Part shown: piece after piece, positions 63,556 through 64,000 of the stretch
Layout: each line of letters begins with the position of its first letter
How positions within the stretch are numbered: position 1 is the stretch's first letter
Assembly: GCF_003704095.1 (NCBI RefSeq)
Contig: NW_020845049.1
Span: 310,001 to 374,000 of the forward strand
Origin: Pocillopora damicornis
Taxonomy: Eukaryota
DNA: 64,000 bases
Direction of reading: 5' to 3'
Notes under the pieces: model-generated
What the model saw: only the letters and a program-made list of their open reading frames with translations
The model's database searches: none
What the model was told of the DNA's origin: nothing
Position numbers and translations under genes: made by a program

Positions 63556-64000
63556 TGATGAGAAGCAGCTCTTTGATCAGTTGTTACTGTCAGTGAATGG
63601 GAAGAAGCGGTAAAGGAAAAGGTTTTGTGGCACCTTCGTAGCTGTGTACTAGTTCGTTACTGCCGGTTTATGAATACATAATCCTTCCAATTCGGATGAT
63701 AAAAGTTGCCCAGCAGCGCAATAATTACTTGGCATCGACAGTTATATTAGAATTAATCTCTTAATTGGTTCTATTAGAATGTTTTCAACACGAGTTATTC
63801 AGTTTCACGCGTAAAGAATGGTAAAAGTGGTGGTAGGTTATGAGACTGATCAGAAGACTACTCTTTTTTGATACACTTCACTGCTGTCAGAGCTTCCTTT
63901 TCACAATCCACGGACAATCTACCAATTCAAAGGAACTTTGTCAGATACGCACTCCTTCTGCTGAACCTTGGCCTTCAGCACGTCTTTAAAGAGTATATCA

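Noticed and set aside
1-64000. Functional gene cluster or operon linking the six genes
   Set aside because: The pathways are unrelated and orientations are mixed. Nothing in the sequence supports co-regulation, and synteny could not be tested.

Overview
Eukaryotic, intron-rich (GT-AG) animal DNA, most likely from a scleractinian coral or a related anthozoan. This assignment is inferred from the gene content and repeat families. The ORF track mostly shows exon fragments and antisense noise, so exons were joined by hand. Six protein-coding genes were reconstructed with consistent splice phases. (1) The 3' part of an Ig-TM-TIR, IL-1-receptor-like gene (+, <5-2744). (2) A 7-exon, 221-aa CDP-alcohol phosphatidyltransferase of the PIS/CDIPT family, with an intact CDP motif but altered PIS-specific residues (+, 5038-7629). 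(3) TRNAU1AP/SECp43, 12 exons, 307 aa (+, 9279-17943). (4) A ~2800-aa coiled-coil protein, almost all in one 8.3-kb exon (-, 19410-28234). (5) A GREB1/GREB1L orthologue, 19 coding exons, ~2020 aa, with a permuted SF2 helicase and a TAGT glycosyltransferase domain (+, 37167-58305). (6) A 3-exon FGF1/2-like gene lacking a signal peptide (-, 59965-62354). Introns and spacers hold many copies of a ~210-bp TTAA-flanked piggyBac-type MITE (including nested and tandem copies), other MITE and SINE families, a repeat with a decayed hammerhead-ribozyme motif, and a 5'-truncated L1/Tx1-like insertion with a target-site duplication. No CRISPR array, rRNA or intact tRNA was found. The best leads are the divergent PIS-like enzyme and the ancestral-looking helicase motifs of GREB1.
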